Source: an uncultured Lachnospiraceae bacterium (lineage in GTDB: Bacteria; Bacillota; Clostridia; Lachnospirales; Lachnospiraceae). From it: a DNA stretch of 64,000 nt. Shown here piece by piece: positions 18,516 to 26,852 of this stretch (position 1 is its first letter; each line of letters starts with the position of its first letter). The position numbers and the translations under genes were made by a program. The notes under the pieces are model-generated. The model worked only from the letters and a program-made list of their open reading frames with translations, was not told where the DNA came from and did no database searches. The DNA lies in assembly GCA_910587155.1 (NCBI GenBank), contig CAJULA010000008.1, positions 32,343 to 96,342 of the forward strand, written 5' to 3'.

Positions 18516-19607
18516 ATGCTGTATATACTTGGAATGACTGGAAAATGGATCGGGATCATACTGCTTTGTATCCTGATACTGCTGGCGGCACTGCTGTTGG
18601 CGGTACTGTTTGTTCCCATCCGTTATCATCTGTCTGCGGTCAGGGAAGAAAACGGCCCGCCGCAGGGAAAAGTAAGAGTGTACTGGCTGTTTTCACTGGT
18701 GTCGGCGTCTGCCGCCTGGGAGGGCGGATTGAAGTATGGGCTGCGGCTATGCGGATTCCCTGTCTATGGGAATCTGAAAAGCGGCAAAGGGAAAGCCGGG
18801 GCCGGGAAAAAAGCGGCCGGGAAAGAACGGCGCAGGAGCCGGAAGAAAAAGCATCCCCCAAAGACATCGACACCGGAAGAAGAAACAGAAAAAAAAGTGA
18901 CAGTGGATTCGCCGGTGCAGGAGCGGCGCCCGGAAGAGGCATCCGGATACAGGCAAAAGGACGACCCGCTGCAGCCGGGCAGAGAGACAAACGGGGATAC
19001 GGCAGAAGCCGCGGCGCCGCAGCCGCGAGGCGAAGCGGAGACGGTGTCCGGGCCGGAAGATACTGACAGAAAAAAAGAAAAGGAAAAGCGCAAAAAGCCC
19101 GGGTTCAGAGTGCGATTGTCGGAATTTTGGCAGAAAATACTGTCCTTTTTGCGTATGCTGGGCAGACTGATTGCGAACCTGTTGGCGCTGCCTGAACGGC
19201 TGCGGAAAAAGGCGGAGGATCTGAAAGAAAAAGCGGATCGGTATGTAACGTTTTTGCAGAGCGAAGAGTTTGTGCAGGCAGTGGCCGTATGCAAAAAACA
19301 GCTGTTATTTCTGGTAAGGAGCATAAAACCCCGAAAAATACGGGCGGATATCCGCTTTGGATTTTCAGATCCGGCGACGACAGGGCAGATTCTTGCGTTT
19401 GTGGGAATGATATATCCGCTGCTTGGAAAAACTGTTATTCTGAGGCCGGATTTTGAAGAGGCGCTCTGCTGCGGAAAGATCACGGTGAAAGGCAGAATTT
19501 TCCTGTTTGATCTGCTCAGAATCGCATGGATATTGTATTTCAATAAAAATATAAAACGATTGATCCGTATGTGGAAGAAGGAGGAAGCATTGCATGATGG
19601 ACAATAA
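18516..19607 (+). CDS. DUF2953 (YtfI-like) sporulation-associated membrane protein with a large charged insert
   Basis: N-terminal TM helix (WIGIILLCILILLAALLLAVLFVP). Lies directly upstream of, and overlaps, a GerW/YtfJ gene, as in the Bacillus ytfI-ytfJ pair. Confidence 0.65.
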   Translation: MLYILGMTGKWIGIILLCILILLAALLLAVLFVPIRYHLSAVREENGPPQGKVRVYWLFSLVSASAAWEGGLKYGLRLCGFPVYGNLKSGKGKAGAGKKAAGKERRRSRKKKHPPKTSTPEEETEKKVTVDSPVQERRPEEASGYRQKDDPLQPGRETNGDTAEAAAPQPRGEAETVSGPEDTDRKKEKEKRKKPGFRVRLSEFWQKILSFLRMLGRLIANLLALPERLRKKAEDLKEKADRYVTFLQSEEFVQAVAVCKKQLLFLVRSIKPRKIRADIRFGFSDPATTGQILAFVGMIYPLLGKTVILRPDFEEALCCGKITVKGRIFLFDLLRIAWILYFNKNIKRLIRMWKKEEALHDGQ

Positions 19608-19986
19608 TTTTTCAGGAGTTGTGGATTCTCTGCTGAAAGGCATGGACAGTGTATTATCCACCAAGACCGTAGTGGGGGAAGCCACGAAAATCGGAGATAC
19701 CATTATTCTGCCTCTGGTGGATGTGACGTTTGGTGTGGGCGCAGGCGCCTCCAAGGGCGATAAAAAGAATGGCGGTATGGGTGGTATGTCCGGAAAGATG
19801 ACACCGTCCGCCGTGCTGGTGATCAAAAACGGCCAGACAAAACTGGTCAATGTGAAGAATCAGGATACGGTAACAAAGATCCTGGATATGATACCGGATC
19901 TCGTGGAGCGTTTTACCACGAAAAAAGAAGATATGCCTGCGGACGCGGAAGCGGTGGAGATCGCCTTTCCGGAGGAAAAAGAGTAA
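19594..19986 (+). CDS. ytfJ: GerW/YtfJ-family sporulation protein
   Basis: AGGAGG RBS. TKTVVGEATKIGDTIILPLVDVTFGVGAG....PSAVLVIKNGQ is typical of the family. Confidence 0.85.
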   Translation: MMDNNFSGVVDSLLKGMDSVLSTKTVVGEATKIGDTIILPLVDVTFGVGAGASKGDKKNGGMGGMSGKMTPSAVLVIKNGQTKLVNVKNQDTVTKILDMIPDLVERFTTKKEDMPADAEAVEIAFPEEKE

Positions 19987-20036
19987 CCATCAGCCCGGGA
20001 ACGTCATAAGATAACTGATAAGAAGCAGTGAAATGA

Positions 20037-20186
20037 ATGTCTGTTATGAAAAAGCTGATTGGATTTGCGTCAATCTGTATCGCTGTCGGGATGCTGCTGA
20101 TGCTTCTGCTCGGCAGCCGCTTTACCGGCCTTGTATTAATGGGTGTCTTTGCGTTGATGGGCTATGTGGCCGTATTTTGTGAATGA
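20037..20186 (+). CDS. Possible small membrane protein (46-49 aa)
   Basis: MSVMKKLIGFASICIAVGMLLMLLLGSRFTGLVLMGVFALMGYVAVFCE forms two hydrophobic helices. It is below the ORF-track size cutoff and has no clear RBS. Confidence 0.35.
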   Translation: MSVMKKLIGFASICIAVGMLLMLLLGSRFTGLVLMGVFALMGYVAVFCE

Positions 20187-20192
20187 GACGTA

Positions 20193-20849
20193 ATGTGGCA
20201 ATTGCAGGAGTTGAGGGTTTTGCGTACAATGAGGGAAAGGGAAACCATGGAGTCCGGGCATCTGGAAGCGCCCGGCAGACAGTTAGAGGAAGTGCAGGAG
20301 AAGGAAGAAAAGGAGAAACAGGAAGAGGGGCTGCGGACCCTGGAGGGGAAAGAATCGCAGGAAGCATGGGCTGCACTGGAGCGGGAGAGGGAGCTGCTGA
20401 CAAAGCAGCAGGAACGGCTCAGGCAGGAGCGGGAGCGGTTTTATGAAGAGATGCGGGAAATGCAGACCCGGATGGACAACGAAAGAAGGCGGATGGAAGA
20501 AGCCGGTAAGACTCTGAAAAAGGACGAGCTCTTTTTTCAGCAGAAAATGGAAATTTTAAAGGGAGGCTTCGCGCAGTTGGCTCAGGACCGCAAGGCGCTG
20601 GAGAGGGATAAGATACTGCTGGAAGCAAAGCTGGAAGAGCGGCGCAGCAGTCAGTGCGGCGCAGGGTATGACGGGGTGCGGCTTTTTTTCAGTGGTGTCA
20701 GCAATCCGCTCACACTGAAGAAACGTCATCGGGATCTGGTCAAGATATTCCATCCGGACAACCTCTGCGGCGATACGAAACTGCTGCAGCAGATTAACCG
20801 CATGTATGAAACGATGCTGGAAGAAGTGGGATGGAAAAAAAAGGCATAA
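20193..20849 (+). CDS. Coiled-coil protein with C-terminal J-like domain (HPD present)
   Basis: Glu/Arg-rich coiled coil followed by KKRHRDLVKIFHPDNLCGDTKLLQQINRMYETM. The start is uncertain (ATG at 20193, 20229 or 20247). Confidence 0.7.
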   Translation: MWQLQELRVLRTMRERETMESGHLEAPGRQLEEVQEKEEKEKQEEGLRTLEGKESQEAWAALERERELLTKQQERLRQERERFYEEMREMQTRMDNERRRMEEAGKTLKKDELFFQQKMEILKGGFAQLAQDRKALERDKILLEAKLEERRSSQCGAGYDGVRLFFSGVSNPLTLKKRHRDLVKIFHPDNLCGDTKLLQQINRMYETMLEEVGWKKKA

Positions 20850-20876
20850 GGGAAATCCCCTTATGCTCTTTCTACT
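20835..20876. terminator. Shared bidirectional terminator of the J-like gene (+) and rpmB (-)
   Basis: A8 run, hairpin GCATAAGGG aaatc CCCTTATGC (20844-20866), then a T-rich tail. Both stop codons lie inside the stem arms. Confidence 0.55.
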
Positions 20877-21046
20877 TTGTTGGACTTTAAACATCCGGTA
20901 CAAATGTGCATTCTCTTCACTGTGCCGTTTATGTTGCATTTTACTCGCTTGATGTTGGATTTCCAAATACGATTGGAACGTCTATGAGAATGGCTTACAT
21001 TGTTTCCAAAATGAACGCCTTTGCCACAAATTTCACATTTAGCCAT
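20861..21046 (-). CDS. rpmB: 50S ribosomal protein L28
   Basis: MAKCEICGKGVHFGNNVSHSHRRSNRIWKSNIKRVK... with a TAGGAGGTG RBS. The ORF-track start at 21112 is an upstream extension. Confidence 0.95.
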   Translation of the reverse strand: MAKCEICGKGVHFGNNVSHSHRRSNRIWKSNIKRVKCNINGTVKRMHICTGCLKSNKVERA

Positions 21047-21139
21047 CTTTGCACCTCCTATGCGATATAGTCTGTTGTACCATCTTACGGATGAGCGATG
21101 GGAAACGCTCACAACATTGAAATTTTAGCATATTTGGTA

Positions 21140-21168
21140 TTGAAATGCAAGTATAAATATCTTAAAAT
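21140..21168 (+). promoter_or_regulatory. Promoter candidate for asp23-yloV
   Basis: TTGAAA, a 17-nt spacer, then TAAAAT, in an AT-rich divergent region. Confidence 0.4.
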
Positions 21169-21202
21169 TATGGAAAGAATGAACTTAGGAGGTTGATGCC
21201 CC

Positions 21203-21565
21203 ATGAAAAGGACTTCGATGAATACCCGGATGGGAACAATTCTGATTGATAATGAAGTGATTGCCCAGTATGCGGGCTCGGTGGCGGTGGAATGCTTCGG
21301 CATCGTGGGAATGGCGTCCGTCAATGTCAAAGACGGCATTGTAAAGCTGCTGAAAAAAGACAGCATCACACACGGAATCGCCGTGACCGTCGGCGCGGAT
21401 CACAGGCTGACGCTGGATTTCCATGTGATCGTATCCTATGGCGTGAGTATACTGACGGTAGCGGACAACCTGACAGACAGTGTCAGATACAAGGTGGAAG
21501 AATTTACAGGACTTGAGATAGAAAAAATTAATATCTATGTGGAAGGAGTCCGGGTAATTGACTGA
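21203..21565 (+). CDS. Asp23/Gls24-family envelope stress protein (YloU-like)
   Basis: AGGAGG RBS. IDNEVIAQYAGSVAVECFGIVGMA is typical of the family. Confidence 0.9.
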   Translation: MKRTSMNTRMGTILIDNEVIAQYAGSVAVECFGIVGMASVNVKDGIVKLLKKDSITHGIAVTVGADHRLTLDFHVIVSYGVSILTVADNLTDSVRYKVEEFTGLEIEKINIYVEGVRVID

Positions 21566-21575
21566 TAAGGAGGAA

Positions 21576-23228
21576 ATGCCAGTGGTTTGTAATGAGATCG
21601 GAGCCGGGATGATCGCGAAGATGTTTCTGGCCGGCGCCCGCAGTCTGGAGGCAAAAAAAGAATGGATCAATGAACTGAATGTGTTCCCGGTGCCGGACGG
21701 AGATACCGGTACGAATATGACAATGACCGTCCTTTCGGCAGCCCGGGAAGTGGCGGCTCTGAAAGACCCTGATATGAAGGAGCTTTCAAGAGCGATTGCT
21801 TCCGGCTCGCTCAGGGGGGCACGGGGAAATTCAGGCGTGATCCTGTCGCAGCTCTTCAGGGGCTTTACCAAAGGAATCGAAGGATATACGAGGATAACGG
21901 TGCCGGTATTTGCGGATGCCTTTACCAAGGCGGTGGAGACGGCCTATAAAGCGGTTATGAAACCAAAGGAAGGGACGATTCTTACCGTGGCCCGCAGCGG
22001 CGCCGAGCGGGCGGCACAGCTCAGCGAAGAGGGCGAAGAAAATCTGGAAGTTTTTTTCCGGGAGATTTTGGAGCATATGGAGTATACGCTCAATCAGACA
22101 CCGGAAATCCTGCCGGTACTGGCGCAGGCAGGTGTGGTTGATTCGGGCGGGCAGGGGCTGCTGGAGGTATTGAAGGGCGCTGTTGACGCTTTTCTGGGCA
22201 AAGAGACGGATTACGCGCCGATTCTGCCTGTCTCTGCGAATGACCGGGAAGAAATGCCCGCTGTCGCGGAAACCGCGGAAATACGGTTTGGTTACTGCAC
22301 GGAATTTATTATCATGACAGAGCGGCCGGTAGAGAGAAGAAGGGAAGAGGCTCTGAAGACGTATCTGGAATCCATAGGGGATTCTCTTATCGTCGTGGCG
22401 GATGAAGAGGTCATTAAGGTACATGTACATACCAATGACCCGGGTCTGGCTATTCAGAAAGCGCTGACATACGGCCAGCTTTCCCATATGAAAATAGATA
22501 ATATGCGTCTGGAGCATCAGGAAAAGCTGTTTAGGCAGGCGGAAAAGCCGCCGGAGGAAAAGCCGCACAAGGCGATGGGCTTTGTCGCCGTATGCGCAGG
22601 GGAAGGCCTGTGCCGGATCTTTCGTGAACTGGGCGCCGATGAGATCATAGAAGGCGGACAGACAATGAACCCGAGCACGGAAGATATGCTGCAGGCCATC
22701 CGGGCGGTTGCGGCAGACACGGTTTTTATCCTCCCCAACAATAAAAATGTGGTGATGGCGGCGCAGCAGGCCAGGGATATGACCGATGACAAAAAGGTGA
22801 TCGTGATGCCCTGTCACAGCGTACCCCAGGGTATCACTGCCATCGTCAGCTATGTACCGGAGCTGTCCGCGGAGGAGAATGAAAGTTCCATGCTGGAAGA
22901 AATCGGCCATGTGAAAACCGGACAGATCACCTATGCGGTCAGAGATACTTCCGTAAACGGCAGAGAGATCCGCCAGGGAGACTACATGGGGATCGACGAT
23001 ACGGGAATTGTGGCTGTCAGCAGTCATCTGGAGCGGGCAGTGCTGGAAACCGTGGGGGTGATGGCAGATGACGGGACGGAACTGCTCAGTATCTATTACG
23101 GAAAGGAAGTAAAAGCGGAGGACGCTGAGGCGGTAAAAGAGAAGATAGAGAGGAAATATCCGAAGCTGGATATCGAACTTCAGGACGGCGGTCAGCCTGT
23201 CTACTATTATCTGCTCTCCGCAGAGTAG
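21576..23228 (+). CDS. yloV: DAK2 domain fusion protein YloV
   Basis: TAAGGAGGA RBS before the ATG at 21576. DAK2 motifs are present (PDGDTGTNM, GARGNSGVILSQ) with a C-terminal DegV-like half. Confidence 0.9.
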   Translation: MPVVCNEIGAGMIAKMFLAGARSLEAKKEWINELNVFPVPDGDTGTNMTMTVLSAAREVAALKDPDMKELSRAIASGSLRGARGNSGVILSQLFRGFTKGIEGYTRITVPVFADAFTKAVETAYKAVMKPKEGTILTVARSGAERAAQLSEEGEENLEVFFREILEHMEYTLNQTPEILPVLAQAGVVDSGGQGLLEVLKGAVDAFLGKETDYAPILPVSANDREEMPAVAETAEIRFGYCTEFIIMTERPVERRREEALKTYLESIGDSLIVVADEEVIKVHVHTNDPGLAIQKALTYGQLSHMKIDNMRLEHQEKLFRQAEKPPEEKPHKAMGFVAVCAGEGLCRIFRELGADEIIEGGQTMNPSTEDMLQAIRAVAADTVFILPNNKNVVMAAQQARDMTDDKKVIVMPCHSVPQGITAIVSYVPELSAEENESSMLEEIGHVKTGQITYAVRDTSVNGREIRQGDYMGIDDTGIVAVSSHLERAVLETVGVMADDGTELLSIYYGKEVKAEDAEAVKEKIERKYPKLDIELQDGGQPVYYYLLSAE

Positions 23229-23265
23229 GATGTTTTTTTCGGCGGTTTTGCGGACCTTCGCCCTG

Positions 23266-24000
23266 TCAGGTACGTATTTTGGTCAGGACATAGCCGAACC
23301 TGATCCATCTGTTGAAGGCGGCTTCCTCTTCCCTGTCTATGATGATCGGTCTGCCCAGATTGTTGACCGGTTCCAGTACCCAGGGAGAGGAGGCGGCCAG
23401 TCTGCGGACGTAGACGCGGCCCGTGTCCTTATTCAGAAAGATTCCGGTATCGCCCTCGTGGATCGCCTTTTTGCAGATCAGAAGGATGTCGCCATAATGA
23501 TAGGCCGGATGGAGATGATCGGATGTGATCTGTATACCGCAGTAAAGATCGTCTCCGAATTTTTTGCGGTAGGAAGCGGCATTGATTTTATAGAAATGAG
23601 AAGAATCATACAGCATGCCGTCTTCCATACTGCCTGTGGGTACAAAGACGGTAATATAATCGTCCGTATCTGTATGATCCTCGGAAAAGTCGATTTCGAA
23701 ATCAAGGATACCTCTGACAAAATTTTGCTGCCGGGGAGACATGCTTTTCCATTTCTGGAGAAGCCGGGTATCCTCTTCATACTGATCAATCAGTTCCAGA
23801 ATTGCCTTCCCCGTCATGGCCTGCAAAAGTTGTGCCGTATACAGATCAATTTTTGTCGTTGAGCCGGAGATGATTTTCTTATAACCGGACAATGACATTT
23901 CCAGCTTCTTTGCCATCTGCGCCTGTGTCAGTCCGCGCTTTAATCTCTCCTTTTCCATATTCAGCGTAAAATTCTTTGCAATCTCCTGCTTTGATAACAT
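23266..24000 (-). CDS. XRE-family HTH repressor with C-terminal S24 (LexA/CI-like) peptidase domain
   Basis: HTH is LKRGLTQAQMAKKLEMSLSGYKKIISG. The C-terminus has TGSMEDG ... GDILLICKK ... GDTGIF ... RVYVRRL, resembling the S24 Ser/Lys fold. The ATG at 24000 gives MLSKQE. Confidence 0.8.
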   Translation of the reverse strand: MLSKQEIAKNFTLNMEKERLKRGLTQAQMAKKLEMSLSGYKKIISGSTTKIDLYTAQLLQAMTGKAILELIDQYEEDTRLLQKWKSMSPRQQNFVRGILDFEIDFSEDHTDTDDYITVFVPTGSMEDGMLYDSSHFYKINAASYRKKFGDDLYCGIQITSDHLHPAYHYGDILLICKKAIHEGDTGIFLNKDTGRVYVRRLAASSPWVLEPVNNLGRPIIIDREEEAAFNRWIRFGYVLTKIRT

Positions 24001-24099
24001 GACAGTACCTCTACAAATGGTCACTTTCGGAACCATTTTTTATCTTTGGAAACGGATCAGGAAAGGCTTTTGGCCATGACAGTAACTCCTTTTCCGGTA

Positions 24100-24115
24100 T
24101 ATAATTCGAATTATA
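24100..24115. promoter_or_regulatory. Perfect 16-bp palindrome (candidate operator) in the divergent promoter region
   Basis: TATAATTCGAATTATA reads as TATAAT on both strands. ATGACA lies 18 nt upstream on the + strand. Confidence 0.6.
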
Positions 24116-24169
24116 ACACACGCGTAATAATATTGAAATAAAAATGTAAGATAGAAGGGCGGGATATCT

Positions 24170-24661
24170 ATGAAAAGGGAATTTGTGGAGCATGTGTTAA
24201 TATCAATGGGAATGCCCGTGAAGCTGAAGGGCTTTAAGTATATTGCAGAAGCGGTGCTGCTTCTGGATACACCCGAGTGGCAGGAACCTAAATGGACGGC
24301 TCTGTATTACAAGATCGCCAGATTATACGGAGATACGGAATCACGGGTGGAACGGGCCATCCGCAATGCGTTTACCACAACCCGTACCCGGGTTACCAAC
24401 TATGAACTGATTGATCATTACATTGGATTTACCAATTGTCAGAATTCCAACTCTATTACCTTTCTACACCGAAACATCAAAGAAGAATTTTTGAAAAAGC
24501 AGCAAGAAGAAAAAACGGAATTTATATGGGACGAAGAACAGGAGATACAGTTTGCAGAGGTAACACTGGAACAACTTCAGTCTTTCAACGAAGTAACCGC
24601 AGATATGATCAAAGAGATCGTGCGCAAGACATTGAAGGAGATGCTATTTGAACTCGCATAA
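24170..24661 (+). CDS. Stand-alone Spo0A C-terminal (DNA-binding) domain protein, no receiver domain
   Basis: GMPVKLKGFKYIAEAVLLL....ALYYKIARLYGDTESRVERAIRNAF matches the Spo0A_C helix pattern. An acidic C-terminal extension follows. Confidence 0.75.
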   Translation: MKREFVEHVLISMGMPVKLKGFKYIAEAVLLLDTPEWQEPKWTALYYKIARLYGDTESRVERAIRNAFTTTRTRVTNYELIDHYIGFTNCQNSNSITFLHRNIKEEFLKKQQEEKTEFIWDEEQEIQFAEVTLEQLQSFNEVTADMIKEIVRKTLKEMLFELA

Positions 24662-24670
24662 CAGTAATTG

Positions 24671-24716
24671 AAACGACGGATGACAAAGCAGGGAGCATGT
24701 CAGCCGTCGTTTTTGA
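24671..24716. terminator. Terminator hairpin between the convergent Spo0A_C gene (+) and LRR gene (-)
   Basis: AAACGACGGATGACA ... TGTCAGCCGTCGTTT forms a stem of about 15 bp with 1 mismatch, followed by TTTT on the + strand. Confidence 0.6.
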
Positions 24717-24732
24717 TATTCCTCTATGTATA

Positions 24733-26676
24733 TCAGCGGATCAGGATGTCATCCAGTCCGGCCGTATCGGCGATGGGGTTGTCTTCACAGAGAACGAATT
24801 CCAGCGCGGGAAGCTCAGTGAGCGGTGTCAGGTCAACGACGTAATTGTCGGTGATGTCCAGCAGTCTTAACCCGGTCAGACCATACTCGGAAAGAAATGT
24901 CAGGTCGGTCAGTTCATTTCCCTTCAGATATAGAGTATCCAGTCCGGGGAAGTTTTCAAACATATCGGTATGCTGGGACAGGGTCAGTTTCTGCTCATCC
25001 TGCAGCCAGCCCCGTCCGCCCGCGTCAGTGAGCTGATAAAGGGTAACATTGTCCATATCCAGCACCCTCAGATTTTCATTTGGAGAAAGAGATTCCGTAT
25101 TCAGCCCGATGTTGCAGTCAGCCATATAGAGCTCCTCAAGAGTGGGAATGGAGAGGAGTGCGGCTGCGTCTGCATAGACGGTGCTGCCTGTGATATCCAG
25201 TCCCAGCAGACCCGGAATGCGTGTGACAGGTTCCAGATTGACGTGATAGCCGGACATATCATACAGATCAAGATAGATCAGATTGTGCAGGGAATCCAGA
25301 AACGTCAGATCTTCGCAGTTACAGTCATCCAGAGACAGATAAGACACATTGCCCGCGTCGCGCACGGCGCTTATGTCACCGGCCCCTTTTATGCCCAGAT
25401 ATTCCAGATTCTGCAGTCCGGCAAAAGAAGGAAGGGTGTTTTCATAGGAAACAGTCAGCTGTAGCTGTGTCAGGTTCGTCAGTTTTTCCAGTGTGCTTAA
25501 ATCACTGATTTTCCAGGTATCTTCAAGGCTTAATTCTGTCAGGGAATCCGCACACGATTCCAGCGCGTGAATGGACATCAGTTCATCCGTATCAGAAAGA
25601 TAGAGTGCGGACAGCATGGGCATATTTTCCACGAAACCGATATCCTTCAAAGAGGAAGACTCGATGGAAAGATGCTGCAGTGCGCCCAGGTCGTAAAGCG
25701 GACTGAAATCCGAGACACGGTCGCAGTCGGCAAGGGAAAGCCCTTCCAGGCCGGGCACGGACGAGAGTGCGCTGATATCCTGCATATCCGAACAGTCTGC
25801 CGCAAAGAAGATCAGATTGGGGAAATTTTCGATGCCGTCGCAGGAGTTCATGAAAATAGTGGAGTTGATCTGGATATAGGAGATATTTTGCGGATCAGGC
25901 ACCGCATCATACAGTTCGCTCAGTGTCATATCGGAAGAGATGCAGGCCAGAGAGTCCATACCTTTTAAGTCGCCCGGATTCAGATGTCCGTATTCCAGAG
26001 CCAGCCAGGAAACGTTTTTGAAACAGGAGAGATCCGCCAGATCCATGTACAGGTCTTCATTGAGAAAATAATTTATGGTCGTACCGTCATCCAGACAGCA
26101 GGAAATACATTTACGGTTATCATCGTCATAGTACAGATCCAGTTCTGTAATCTGGTTCAGATGCGCCATTGTGATCTCGGAAAAATCCACATCAAAAATC
26201 TGAGAAACCAGTACCTGAAATGACTCTGACTGGGGAAGCGCATCCTCTTCCATGACGGCGCTTTCATATTCTGACGCAGTGCTTTCCGTGGGAGCGGCGA
26301 CAGTGGAAGCATCCACATCTTCGCCGGACAGGCTTGAGACATGGAAGAGGGCCACGGCGACGACAAAGACAAAGACAATGCCAAATGTGACCCAACCGAT
26401 GATGGCGGAAACATTTGCCTTGTTATTATGGCGGGAAGCGGATACCGTGATGCCGCGCGGCGGCTGATAAGGAATCTGCCCTCCTGCATAGGTCTGCTGA
26501 TTTGTGACAGGCCCCGGCTGCATCGCGGGCTGCTGCCACTGGGGCGTGGAATCCACAGATATGGGAGATGTGGCATCTTTATCTATGATCTGATAATAAC
26601 CGCAGTTCTGACAGATCATACGGCCGTCCTGCTCTCTCATGCGTGTGGAACAGATGGGACATTTTTCAAGTTTCAT
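24733..26676 (-). CDS. Zinc-ribbon / single-TM / leucine-rich-repeat (LRR) protein
   Basis: N-terminal CPIC...CQNC ribbon, Gln/Pro-rich linker, TM helix (IIGWVTFGIVFVFVVAVALF), then about 500 aa of LxxLxLxxN/C-type repeats. Confidence 0.85.
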   Translation of the reverse strand: MKLEKCPICSTRMREQDGRMICQNCGYYQIIDKDATSPISVDSTPQWQQPAMQPGPVTNQQTYAGGQIPYQPPRGITVSASRHNNKANVSAIIGWVTFGIVFVFVVAVALFHVSSLSGEDVDASTVAAPTESTASEYESAVMEEDALPQSESFQVLVSQIFDVDFSEITMAHLNQITELDLYYDDDNRKCISCCLDDGTTINYFLNEDLYMDLADLSCFKNVSWLALEYGHLNPGDLKGMDSLACISSDMTLSELYDAVPDPQNISYIQINSTIFMNSCDGIENFPNLIFFAADCSDMQDISALSSVPGLEGLSLADCDRVSDFSPLYDLGALQHLSIESSSLKDIGFVENMPMLSALYLSDTDELMSIHALESCADSLTELSLEDTWKISDLSTLEKLTNLTQLQLTVSYENTLPSFAGLQNLEYLGIKGAGDISAVRDAGNVSYLSLDDCNCEDLTFLDSLHNLIYLDLYDMSGYHVNLEPVTRIPGLLGLDITGSTVYADAAALLSIPTLEELYMADCNIGLNTESLSPNENLRVLDMDNVTLYQLTDAGGRGWLQDEQKLTLSQHTDMFENFPGLDTLYLKGNELTDLTFLSEYGLTGLRLLDITDNYVVDLTPLTELPALEFVLCEDNPIADTAGLDDILIR

Positions 26677-26852
26677 ACGTATCTTGTTCCTTTCCTGTAA
26701 TAGTGGATATCGCTTTCTCTCCGTACACGGCGTACTGCCAGGGGATTGAGGTATACCCTTGTAATGATTATTTTAACATAAATAAGGATAAAGGGGAATT
26801 GTGATTTATGGCAGGAAGGGGTAAAATAATCTGAGACAGGGGAGGTGCGGCG

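Noticed and set aside
18545-19543. Alternative-frame ORFs (173 aa on +, 259 aa and others on -) across the DUF2953 gene
   Set aside because: They arise from the purine-rich low-complexity insert. Only the 18516 frame has a TM helix and is translationally coupled to the ytfJ-like gene.
21831-23027. 398-aa minus-strand ORF
   Set aside because: It is antisense and in register with yloV (DAK2 motifs on the + strand).
23229-23265. Island borders (23229-23265 and 30987-31082) examined for att-like direct repeats, integrase or transposase remnants
   Set aside because: Only trivial short matches (GTTTTG) were found. There is no recombinase ORF in any frame, so no mobile-element call is made.
23230-23862. 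210-aa plus-strand ORF that would continue the + strand gene run after yloV
   Set aside because: The opposite strand encodes a protein with a clear XRE HTH and an S24-like domain, plus a plausible start. The + strand product has no motif or RBS.
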